A stretch of 64,000 nucleotides of DNA from an uncultured Clostridia bacterium. GTDB lineage: Bacteria > Bacillota > Dehalobacteriia > UBA4068. The notes beneath the pieces were generated by a model. The model was not told the origin of the DNA and did no database searches. It saw only the letters and a list, made by a program, of their open reading frames with translations. Positions 39,548 to 47,834 of the stretch are shown here, piece after piece; position 1 is the first letter of the stretch; each line of letters opens with the position of its first letter. The position numbers and the translations under genes are program-made. The DNA lies in assembly GCA_944390945.1 (NCBI GenBank), contig CALXRV010000066.1, positions 262 to 64,261 on the forward strand, in the 5' to 3' direction.

Positions 39548-40204
39548 TTAGCCGCGCAGCTTTGCCAACTTCGCTTCATCCAGCAGTTTTACCGTGCCCC
39601 GCGACAGCTTAACCATACCTTCGTTTTGCAAAAAGCGCAGCAATCTGGTAATCACTTCCCGGTGCGAGCCAAGGTGGTTGGCGATGCTTTCGTGCGTGAT
39701 CTTCAGTTCATCGCTATTCTCAATGGCAGCTTCTTCCAGGAGGAAAGCTGCCACTCTTTTATCCATACTCTTCCACATGATCTGCTCCATCAGCCAGATG
39801 ACTTCTGAGAACCGACTGGCCATCAGTTCATTGGTGAAGTTGGCCACGGGGGCGGATTCTTCCATCAGTTGCTGATAGGCCTCAGCCGGGATGAGCCAGA
39901 AATCCGTATCCTTTTCCGCTTCGACCGTGATGGTAAACTGAATGGAATTCATGATGCAGGAAGCGGAAAGCAGACATATATCCCGTTCAAACAGGCGGTA
40001 GAGGGTGATTTCTCTGCCTTCCTCGGAGAGGATATAGGCCCTGAGTTGGCCTGATTTGATAAGCAGAAGGCCAGTGCAGTTTGTTTCCCCGTTATGCAGG
40101 ACTGTCCCTCTGGGCACACTTCGCAATAACAGATTGCTGCAAAGGCGCATCTGTTGATTTGTGCTGAGTTTATTCCAGATGGGAAAATAGTCCTGAAAGG
40201 TCAT
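39548..40204 (-). CDS. Crp/Fnr family transcriptional regulator
   Basis: cNMP-binding-like beta-roll (GLLLIKSGQLRAY..EGREITLYRL) and C-terminal HTH ITHESIANHLGSHREVITRLLRFL. No FNR-type Cys cluster. Confidence 0.85.
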   Translation of the reverse strand: MTFQDYFPIWNKLSTNQQMRLCSNLLLRSVPRGTVLHNGETNCTGLLLIKSGQLRAYILSEEGREITLYRLFERDICLLSASCIMNSIQFTITVEAEKDTDFWLIPAEAYQQLMEESAPVANFTNELMASRFSEVIWLMEQIMWKSMDKRVAAFLLEEAAIENSDELKITHESIANHLGSHREVITRLLRFLQNEGMVKLSRGTVKLLDEAKLAKLRG

Positions 40205-40438
40205 GCTGTCGGTTCCTTTCCTGTAGCAGTATGCGGTACGGCTGACAATAGTTTATGGTTTATCATGCCGTGTTCTGGGGCGTGCGTGCCGGCGCAGGGT
40301 AGGGATCTTAATGGCTTTTGCCGGCATGGCTAGGCTAACCGGGTCCAACTGGCTGAACTGCCCGCTGGTGTTGAAATGGCGGCCGAGCTTGTGGAAAATT
40401 ACATGCGCGCAAGGGAAGAAGTTCGCCCGGCAGGATCT

Positions 40439-40996
40439 TCAGCCGTCAGTCTGCATATGGCAGAAGATCTCAGCGATCACTTCGGTCTTGGCATCGGCAT
40501 AGTTCTGCACATAAGTCCATCTTCTTTGGGCTAGCTTTTGCTTAGCGGCGGCGTAGCATTCCCGGTCCGCCGCATGGGTTCGCAGCCAGTCCCGGAAGGC
40601 CAGCATACGCTGCGCCTCTTCACAGTCTGCGGAAAAGACGTGAAGATTCACCTGTGGATTTTTCCCTTTCAGCAACCGATGCTGATACCAATCCGGCTCC
40701 CGAATGCACAGCAGATAACCTGCCTGCTCCAGCGCTGGCAGATAATGTTCCTCGGCAGCGGCGTCCTCCACCAAGAGCAGAATATCCAGGATTGGTTTTG
40801 CACACAGTCCAGGCACAGACGTGGAGCCGACATGCTCAATGGTAATACGCTTGCCAGATAGTGCGGTGGCAATCTTTGCCTGTTCCCGCTGAAACTGTTC
40901 CGGCCAGGCAGGATCATATGGGTAAAGCGTGATGCTCCCATTCAGCTTTTCCACAGTACCGATAGTTACCGCTTGTAAATATTCATCCGTTGGCAT
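40439..40996 (-). CDS. GrpB family (UPF0157, nucleotidyltransferase-fold) protein
   Basis: Start trimmed to MPTDEY after GGAGAAAGGAG. Contains YDPAWPEQF and IEHVGSTSVPGLCAKPILDI. Confidence 0.8.
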   Translation of the reverse strand: MPTDEYLQAVTIGTVEKLNGSITLYPYDPAWPEQFQREQAKIATALSGKRITIEHVGSTSVPGLCAKPILDILLLVEDAAAEEHYLPALEQAGYLLCIREPDWYQHRLLKGKNPQVNLHVFSADCEEAQRMLAFRDWLRTHAADRECYAAAKQKLAQRRWTYVQNYADAKTEVIAEIFCHMQTDG

Positions 40997-41774
40997 GCGC
41001 GTCTCCTTTCTCCAATTTGCTTTGCTGCTGCAGTTCAACTGAGGAAGATACGGGATGCGATCCGCTTTCTGCCGCCCGCAGCGTCCAGCCAAAGTCATTG
41101 TGATAAATCATCTGGCGGGTCATGCCGCCGTCGATACAGATATTCTCACCAGTGATAAAACCGGCTTTTTCCGAACAGAGATAAAGCACCATGTTGGCAA
41201 TATCCATCGGGTTGCCAACACGACCCGCAGGCTGCTGTAGCGCATCAGGCCCTTGGTAGTCGGTATATTCGGTATCGATCCAGCCGGGAGAAATGGAATT
41301 TACCCGCACCCGGCCTGCAAGGCTCACCGCCAGCGCATGGGTAAGTGCTGCAATGCCGCCTTTAGCTGCTGTATAGCTTTCCGTCTGTGGCTGGCTCATG
41401 CGGTCCCGGGATGAGGAGATGTTGACGATCGCCGCCTGAGGACTAAAATAAGGCATGAACAGCTTGCTTAGATAAAAGGGCGCGGCAACCCCCACCCGCA
41501 GGGCATAATTGAATTCTTGATAGCTGCAGGTATCGATACCCTTCATCAACGGCAGAGCGTTGTTGATGAGATAGTCCACCCGTCCATGATCGGAAATGAC
41601 CTTGCTGGCGAAGTTTTCAAGAACAGTTTGATCGGCTAGATCTCCCACGAAATAATCGTTGGGTAACAGGTCGATGATGCATACCCGGGACTCAGCCTTA
41701 CGGAATTCCTCCGCAATGGCTTTGCCAATGCCTTTGGCGCCGCCGGTAACCACAGCAACTTTATTGGCGAACAT
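40983..41774 (-). CDS. SDR family NAD(P)-dependent oxidoreductase
   Basis: Start trimmed to MFANKVAVVTGGAKGIGKAI after AGGAGGG. YTAAKGG (YxxxK) is present. The 3' end overlaps the grpB-like start by 14 nt. Confidence 0.85.
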   Translation of the reverse strand: MFANKVAVVTGGAKGIGKAIAEEFRKAESRVCIIDLLPNDYFVGDLADQTVLENFASKVISDHGRVDYLINNALPLMKGIDTCSYQEFNYALRVGVAAPFYLSKLFMPYFSPQAAIVNISSSRDRMSQPQTESYTAAKGGIAALTHALAVSLAGRVRVNSISPGWIDTEYTDYQGPDALQQPAGRVGNPMDIANMVLYLCSEKAGFITGENICIDGGMTRQMIYHNDFGWTLRAAESGSHPVSSSVELQQQSKLEKGDAHANG

Positions 41775-42316
41775 GGGTTTCCCTCCTCGTTTTTCCTTAG
41801 ATTGGCTTAGTCCGCGAGCCCGTCCAAAACCTCTGGCCGGAAGCTTACTGGTCGGAATCCGTCGTTGCGGGAAAACATGGCGGATCTTGGTTTTTTCATC
41901 CGACCGGCGTAAAATTTTCACTGTCATGGATCGGGCAGCACAAAGGATGGCAGGGGATCTCAGACGCTCAGGCCCTCACAGATTTAGCTGACCGCTTACG
42001 ATGAAGGCCTGCTCTTCTGTCATATTGCAGGCATGCGAGATTGGATTGTCCTATTGCGTCAGCAAATCTTCAGATCGGGTGACGCGCATGACGGTGATCT
42101 TACATTTTCACAGCGGATTTTCTTGCAGCGGTTGGTCGTGTATTGGCCAACCTTGATTTCGGTTGGAAAAGTTTCAGTTATAGCGGGATTTTTGCCTTAC
42201 CCAGGCGATACAAATCGTTGCTTTTCCTGCGATGCCGTCCGCCGGGAAGCTGCTGCGCAACATCAGAATGCAGGGCTCAGCAGGGTATACATTTGCGGTC
42301 GATCCAGTCAATTTGT

Positions 42317-42345
42317 ATTATACATGCTTGCCTGAACAGGGGCAA
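42317..42345 (-). promoter_or_regulatory. Minus-strand sigma-A promoter about 535 nt upstream of the SDR start
   Basis: Minus strand reads TTGCCC (42345-42340), 17-nt spacer, TGtATAAT with TATAAT at 42322-42317. Confidence 0.55.
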
Positions 42346-42779
42346 GAAGGCGCCCGCTTTTTATTTGTCTGGCAGCGTGCGGGGGCTGCGTGAGAATGCT
42401 GCTGCATCCTGCCAAAAGCCGTTCAATAGCGATAGAAAACCGAAAGCTGTGCGTAAATCCTTGATTTACGGCGCCATTTCAAGTATGCTTATAGAGGAGG
42501 AAATATTTGGGGAACATGCGCTCTTCAGATTTTCAGCCAATCTATAGCGTCAAAAGCATAGGATTGAAAGTAGTTTTGCCGCGGCAGTATCGCAGAGCCC
42601 GGCAATTCATGGGGATGAACTCGGGAAAAAGATCAGCGTGAATCGTATTACTGTTGCACTTGGCAACAGGTGGATGGCAAGCATACCATTACCCAATATA
42701 TGGCAGGCCGAGCCGGTTTTTATGATCCTTTGTTAAAAATTTTGCATCTTACGTTATTGCTGAACAGGGGGCCGTGGTG

Positions 42780-44126
42780 ATGGAGCAGGCTAGCTCGATT
42801 GGTTTTTTGACAGAAGGAACCATCTGGAAAAGGATCACATCCTTTGCTTTACCAATCTTCTTGGGAAATCTTTTTCAGCAGTTGTATAATACTGCCGATT
42901 CCCTGATTGTCGGAAATTTTCTAGGTAGCAATGCCCTGGCTGCAGTCAGCTCATCGGGAAATTTAACTTTCCTTTTGATTGGATTTTTGAATGGTATTGC
43001 CATTGGGGCTGGCGTTGTCATTGCCCGCTATTTTGGCGCCCGGGATGCTGAAAATATGCAGCGGGCCATCCATACCATTGTGGCATTCGGTCTGGCGGCC
43101 AGCGTGGCCATGACGGTGATCGGCGTGCTTTTGACGCCACAGATCCTGATTTGGATGGATACACCAGCGGCAGTGATGCCAAACTCTGTCGTCTATCTGA
43201 AGATCTATTTTATGGGTTCTTTGGGCTTTGTCATGTATAACGTTTTCGTCGGCATCCTGCAGGCGGTGGGGGATAGCAGACACCCGTTGTACTATTTAAT
43301 TATTTCTTCGATTATCAATGTTGTGCTGGATCTTGTGTTTATCGGGGTTTTTCATACAGGAGTGGAGGGCGCCGCAGTGGCGACCGCTTTTTCACAGCTG
43401 GTCAGCGCGGTTTTGTGCCTGATCCAGCTGATGAGAACACGAGAACCCTACCGGGTTAGCCTGCGGAAGATACGCTTTGATGCGATCATGCTAAAACAGG
43501 TAATTCATTTGGGCTTGCCTTCTGGGGTTCAGAACTCCATCGTGGCGCTTGCCAATGTAATCGTCCAGGCCAATATCAATTCTTTTGGTGAAATGGCCAT
43601 GGCAGGTTGCGGTGCTTTTTCGAAAATTGAGGGATTTGCCTTTTTGCCAATCAATAGCTTTTCGATGGCATTGCCGACATTCATCGGGCAGAACATCGGC
43701 GCAGGCAAATATGAGCGGGCGGCAAAAGGCGCGCGTTTTGGTATCTTGAGTTCCGTTATTTTGGCTGAAGTCATTGGCATGCTGATTCTTGTTTTTGCTC
43801 CGGCGTTGACCGCTGCATTTGAATCCACCCCGGAGGTGATTCAATTTGGTGTGGAGCGTGCCCGGACTTCTGCGCCATTTTTCTGCCTGCTGGCCTACTC
43901 GCATTCAATGGGCGCGGTCATGCGCGGCGAAGGGAAACCGGTTGTTTCTATGCTGGTCATGATGATATGTTGGTGCGTGATCCGCGTTTCTTTTCTTTCG
44001 CTTGTGATCCCGCTGACCAATAATATCCAGTTTGTTTATTGGGCTTACCCAATGACCTGGTTACTGAGCTCGATTGCCTTTTTCGTGTATTACAAGAAAG
44101 CAGATCGTTTGCATTCTTTTGCCTGA
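42780..44126 (+). CDS. MATE family efflux transporter
   Basis: Contains PIFLGNLFQQLYNTADSLIVGNFLG and a 12-TM pattern. Start could be GTG 42774/42777 or ATG 42780 (G5 SD at 42766-70). Confidence 0.88.
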   Translation: MEQASSIGFLTEGTIWKRITSFALPIFLGNLFQQLYNTADSLIVGNFLGSNALAAVSSSGNLTFLLIGFLNGIAIGAGVVIARYFGARDAENMQRAIHTIVAFGLAASVAMTVIGVLLTPQILIWMDTPAAVMPNSVVYLKIYFMGSLGFVMYNVFVGILQAVGDSRHPLYYLIISSIINVVLDLVFIGVFHTGVEGAAVATAFSQLVSAVLCLIQLMRTREPYRVSLRKIRFDAIMLKQVIHLGLPSGVQNSIVALANVIVQANINSFGEMAMAGCGAFSKIEGFAFLPINSFSMALPTFIGQNIGAGKYERAAKGARFGILSSVILAEVIGMLILVFAPALTAAFESTPEVIQFGVERARTSAPFFCLLAYSHSMGAVMRGEGKPVVSMLVMMICWCVIRVSFLSLVIPLTNNIQFVYWAYPMTWLLSSIAFFVYYKKADRLHSFA

Positions 44127-44163
44127 TCACGGTAAACCGCTGCAGAGCGAAAGGAGCGGTGCT

Positions 44164-44544
44164 ATGGATGAGGCGGTGCGGTTCTTTTTCCGTGCACATC
44201 TGCAGGCTATGCCTTTATATGAATCTTTTGCCAGCCGTTTACTGACAGAGCTGCCTGCCACGAGAATAAAGGTGCAGAGCAGCCAGATTTCATACTATTA
44301 TCGACATCTGTTTGCCTGCGTTTCTTTGCTGAAAGTGCGCCGCAAGGAAATGCTGCCGCCAGCTTATATTGTGGTTACCTTTGGTCTGCCGCAGCGGGTT
44401 CTTTCAGCGCGGATCGAAGCGTCAATAGAGCCCTATCCCGGACGATGGACGCACCATGTATTGATTTCTGATCCTGCTGAGATCGATGATGAATTGATGG
44501 AATGGCTGCATCAAGCCGCTGTCTTTTCTGCACAAAAGCGTTGA
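44164..44544 (+). CDS. Small cytoplasmic protein, DUF5655-like (tentative)
   Basis: SD AAAGGAG. 126 aa with a pattern ...KVQSSQISYYYRHLFACVSLLK...WTHHVLISDPAEIDDELMEWL resembling DUF5655/DUF4287-type proteins. Assignment is from memory only. Confidence 0.5.
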   Translation: MDEAVRFFFRAHLQAMPLYESFASRLLTELPATRIKVQSSQISYYYRHLFACVSLLKVRRKEMLPPAYIVVTFGLPQRVLSARIEASIEPYPGRWTHHVLISDPAEIDDELMEWLHQAAVFSAQKR

Positions 44545-44598
44545 GACAGCTTTTCTGCAGGGCCGTAATCATGTCTAGCGCATGACTGAGATTAGCGA

Positions 44599-44636
44599 GA
44601 ACCGTCAGCTGCCGCTGACGGTTCATTTTGTTTTTT
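44599..44636 (+). terminator. Rho-independent terminator
   Basis: Stem GAACCGTCAG/CTGACGGTTC, loop CTGCCG, then ATTTTGTTTTTT. Confidence 0.85.
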
Positions 44637-44770
44637 CAATATCGTTGTGCCTGCCATCGTGGTGGCGGTGTTGTTTGCGCGGAAAATACAAAGTCGTGTT
44701 GCCGGAAAAAGCGGAAAAGGCGCCGGCCATTTCCCGCTTCCGGTATTTTTATGCGCATGGCCAGCATGCT

Positions 44771-45124
44771 TTAGAAAGCAAAGAAATCGAGATCTTCATC
44801 CAGCGCTTCCGGTTGCAGTTTTACTGATTCTTGCTCGCGTGGTGTTTCCGTTGGTTTTGGCGCATGCTCGCGCGGTGTGGCTGTGCTTGGTGTAGACGGG
44901 TCGACCAGGATGACGTCTATGCCTACCTTTTGAATTTGCGGCCAGCGCAGGGTCAATTCGCCATTTTTTCCGAACAGGGAAAAAAAGCGTGCTTCTTCCG
45001 GTATGATGATTGATTCTACGCAGCCTTTCAGCAGGTCGATTTCGATATCACGGATATAGCCGAGCCGTTTACCATCTGCAAGGTTGATCACATCTTTATT
45101 CCGCAGTTCAGATATACGCATCAT
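44771..45124 (-). CDS. YlmC/YmxH family sporulation protein (PRC barrel) with C-terminal extension
   Basis: MMRISELRNKDVINLADGKRLGYIRDIEIDL is typical of YlmC/YmxH. About 40 extra residues follow, rich in P/T/E and ending DEDLDFFAF. Confidence 0.8.
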   Translation of the reverse strand: MMRISELRNKDVINLADGKRLGYIRDIEIDLLKGCVESIIIPEEARFFSLFGKNGELTLRWPQIQKVGIDVILVDPSTPSTATPREHAPKPTETPREQESVKLQPEALDEDLDFFAF

Positions 45125-45212
45125 CTGTAACGCCTCCTGCTACATCCTATGCCGCTGCAGTAGGGAAAATACATGAATGTACAAAGCGTGGCGGGTGATG
45201 GCAAAAATTAGC

Positions 45213-45265
45213 TTGCAATACTGCATGTTGGCGATTATAATAATATGTAACACCACATGATGTGG
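45213..45265 (+). promoter_or_regulatory. nrdR promoter and adjacent palindrome
   Basis: TTGCAA (45213-18), 17-nt spacer, TATAAT (45236-41). Palindrome CCACAT-G-ATGTGG at 45253-45265 abuts the SD GGAGGGA. Confidence 0.6.
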
Positions 45266-45279
45266 AGGGAGGTCTGGAT

Positions 45280-45759
45280 ATGCGGTGCGTATTTTGTGGT
45301 TATGAAGATTCAAAAGTGCTTGATTCTCGCCCGGTTGAAGAGGGCCGCAGTATCCGGCGCCGGCGCGAATGCCTGCAGTGCGGCAAACGTTTCACAACCT
45401 ATGAGCGTGTGGAAGAGCTGCCGCTGATCGTGGTGAAAGCGGATAACCGGCGCGAGTTGTTTGATGCCAGTAAGATATTAAACGGCCTGATAAAAGCATG
45501 CGATAAGCGATCCGTGCCAGTAAGCGTGCTGGAAACCATCGTCAATGATATTGAACGGGAGCTCAGCAATGGCCTGGAACGCGAGGTTTCCTCCAAGCAG
45601 ATTGGTGAACTGGTGATGAAGCATCTGCGTGGCGTAGATCAGGTGGCATATGTCCGTTTTGCCAGCGTATATCGTAATTTTGAAGATGTCTCCACCTTTA
45701 TTGATGAAATTCGGGAGCTGCAAAAAGAGTTAAAGGAAAATAAGGGCGCTGAATCCTGA
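45280..45759 (+). CDS. nrdR: Transcriptional repressor NrdR
   Basis: MRCVFCGYEDSKVLDSR...CLQCGKRFTTYE zinc ribbon plus ATP-cone. Confidence 0.95.
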   Translation: MRCVFCGYEDSKVLDSRPVEEGRSIRRRRECLQCGKRFTTYERVEELPLIVVKADNRRELFDASKILNGLIKACDKRSVPVSVLETIVNDIERELSNGLEREVSSKQIGELVMKHLRGVDQVAYVRFASVYRNFEDVSTFIDEIRELQKELKENKGAES

Positions 45760-45814
45760 GTCTGTGTTGAAAGCCTTAATTGGTGAAGCAAGCGGGGGAG
45801 CAGCGCCATTTGTT

Positions 45815-46594
45815 TTATGCAGTCGCTTCGGCAGCGTCGATGGTTTTTCCGCTGGATACCGTTTTCCGTTTATTATGTTTTTCCTGGTATAATGCTATAT
45901 CGGCGGCCTGTCTTAGCTCCATGATCGACTGGCCGTCGCTTTCTTTCCGGTAGGCCATTCCGCAGGAAAAATGCATTTCCGCCGCTGTGGTACGGAGCTT
46001 TACCAGGAAGCTATATGCTGCGTTATCTGTGCAATTTGGCAACAGGAGGATAAATTCGTCCCCGCCGATGCGGAAGGCTTCTCCCAGCCCGGCTGTGCTG
46101 GCATGCAGATATGCGGCTGTTTGGCGGAGGAGTTCGTCCCCAGCCTCATGGCCAAAGTGGTCATTTGTTTCTTTCAACCCATCCAGATCAATCAAAAGCA
46201 GGCAGAGCGGATGCCCAGCAGCGTAGCAGTCTTTGCTTGCAGCCAATTGAAAGGCGGCAAGATTCCCCAGCCCTGTCAGCGCATCCGTTTGCGCTAGCTG
46301 ACAGTATTGCTGCGCTATTTTATGCCAGCGTTTGGCCAGATTTGCATAATGATATGCATAGCGGCAGCAACCTAGCCAACCCAGGAGAGGAAAGAGTGCG
46401 CCGCAGAGCGCAGCAGCAATGATGGGGAGCACGGAATGCGGAGACAGCGCGGCGGCGATGAACAATGCGGAGCCGAGTGATAAAAAACAGGAGATAAGCT
46501 GTGCTAACCTGACCTTTTGTGGTAGATGGCGCAGAGGCGGTTGTGTTTTGGGGTTAAAGTTGTTGGGCTGCGAAAAGATATTGTGCATGAGCAC
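45815..46594 (-). CDS. Membrane-anchored diguanylate cyclase (GGDEF), no sensor domain
   Basis: GTG start. Two adjacent TM helices with a 4-residue loop, then DALTGLGN...RIGGDEF. No RxxD I-site 5 residues upstream of GGDEF. Confidence 0.85.
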   Translation of the reverse strand: MLMHNIFSQPNNFNPKTQPPLRHLPQKVRLAQLISCFLSLGSALFIAAALSPHSVLPIIAAALCGALFPLLGWLGCCRYAYHYANLAKRWHKIAQQYCQLAQTDALTGLGNLAAFQLAASKDCYAAGHPLCLLLIDLDGLKETNDHFGHEAGDELLRQTAAYLHASTAGLGEAFRIGGDEFILLLPNCTDNAAYSFLVKLRTTAAEMHFSCGMAYRKESDGQSIMELRQAADIALYQEKHNKRKTVSSGKTIDAAEATA

Positions 46595-46666
46595 CGTCCA
46601 GAGATGTTTTGTTAATCCAAGTATAGCGCATTCATTGTATTTTGTCTATTTATAAATTTTGTCGAA

Positions 46667-46694
46667 GAAGCGGATAGCATTTGCTATCCGCTTC
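46667..46694 (-). terminator. Hairpin after the PstS-like gene (weak U-tract)
   Basis: GAAGCGGATAGCA/TGCTATCCGCTTC inverted repeat, 33 nt after the stop at 46727. Confidence 0.45.
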
Positions 46695-46726
46695 TATTTG
46701 GACGGTAGTATCTTTCAGTAGTGTTT

Positions 46727-47728
46727 TTATAGAGAAAAATACTGTAGCATAACATAGTTTTCACGTTCACCCAGTTCGCGTACTTGTTCGCTGCAGATCC
46801 AGTTGTAAAGGATACGCGCTGGGTCATCCGCTGGCAGCGAGGCATCGATCACAACATAGAAGTCATTGCAATAAGGGTATTCATTGCTGGCTATGGTTTC
46901 GTTGTTGGCCTCTATACCGTTTATGGCCAGGATCTTACTGCGTGAAAGTTTATCCGTTTCCATGTTCGTCAGATAATAATAAACTGTATAGCCGAGTGCA
47001 TTAGTGGAATCATCATAATCAGCAATCACTTCCAGCAGTCCAAGCATGGAATCGATCAGGTAATCAGCCGGTGGTGTCATCAGCTCATCGCCGAGCGGAA
47101 AAAAGAGATCAAACAGCGTCTGACTGCCGCTGTCCCGGTTGCGTTGATAGGGGATAATCTCTGCATCCATGCCACCAAGCTCCGCCCAATTGGTCAGTTC
47201 GCCGCTATAAATGGCGCGAATTTCTTCTGGTGTTAAACTTATTACTGGGTTTTCCGCGTTGGCAATAAAAACGAGCGCGTCGCGACCAATCGGCGTCATT
47301 TCCCAGGTGAAATCCATATCTTCGGCATATTGCTTTGCTTCTGCGGAAGGCTCATAGGCAAGCAGGATATCAAAGGTCCCATTAACCAGTGCATGGTAAT
47401 TATCCGTTGTCGAACCAGTAAAAACAAGACGCTCTGCTGCCTCTTGCCGCGTGATCCCAAGCGCTGCTGCAGTGATCGCCTCGCCTAGCGGTAGGGCGGC
47501 CAGTGAGCCACCCATAGCCGGATAGTTTTCATTGGTGAAAATAAAGCGCTCCGCCGGCGTGCTTTCCACTTCTGATTCTAGCTTTGACCATTCGTCTTCT
47601 GCCGGCGGCGTTTGCAGATGCTCCTCTTTTTCCTGCTGTTGTTCTATGCTCGCTGGACGCCAGACGCAGGCTGCGAAAAACAGCATCAGACTTAGACAAA
47701 GCAACAGCATACCTAACCGTTTTCTCAT
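46727..47728 (-). CDS. Orphan PstS-like (PBP_like_2) substrate-binding lipoprotein
   Basis: Start trimmed to MRKRLGMLLLCLSLMLFFAAC (lipobox) after AAGGAG. Contains TGSTTDNYHALVNGTFDILLAYEPS...RDSGSQTLF. No ABC permease or ATPase gene is adjacent. Confidence 0.7.
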   Translation of the reverse strand: MRKRLGMLLLCLSLMLFFAACVWRPASIEQQQEKEEHLQTPPAEDEWSKLESEVESTPAERFIFTNENYPAMGGSLAALPLGEAITAAALGITRQEAAERLVFTGSTTDNYHALVNGTFDILLAYEPSAEAKQYAEDMDFTWEMTPIGRDALVFIANAENPVISLTPEEIRAIYSGELTNWAELGGMDAEIIPYQRNRDSGSQTLFDLFFPLGDELMTPPADYLIDSMLGLLEVIADYDDSTNALGYTVYYYLTNMETDKLSRSKILAINGIEANNETIASNEYPYCNDFYVVIDASLPADDPARILYNWICSEQVRELGERENYVMLQYFSL

Positions 47729-47752
47729 GATCTCCACTCCTTTTGCGGATTT

Positions 47753-47787
47753 GAAAAACGTCTGCTGCCTGATGCCGCAGGCAGCAG
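47753..47787 (-). terminator. Rho-independent terminator after the WG-repeat-like gene
   Basis: Stem CTGCTGCCTG/CAGGCAGCAG with a 6-nt loop, followed on the minus strand by ACGTTTTTCA. Confidence 0.75.
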
Positions 47788-47834
47788 GAAAAATTTGCCG
47801 GTGGTGGGGCGGGGATTGCCCTTTGTTGGTCGTT

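Noticed and set aside
42545-42745. Stop-to-stop frame reading ...SQSPAIHGDELGKKISVNRITVALGNRW..., vaguely like an HTH fragment upstream of the MATE gene.
   Set aside because: It has no start codon or SD, and the resemblance is too weak to call a pseudogene without a blastx search.
37679-45200. Calling the ssrA-adjacent tract a mobile element or prophage remnant.
   Set aside because: No integrase, recombinase, phage or transfer genes are present, and I could see no direct repeat of the ssrA 3' end. It is reported only as a hypothesis in the findings.
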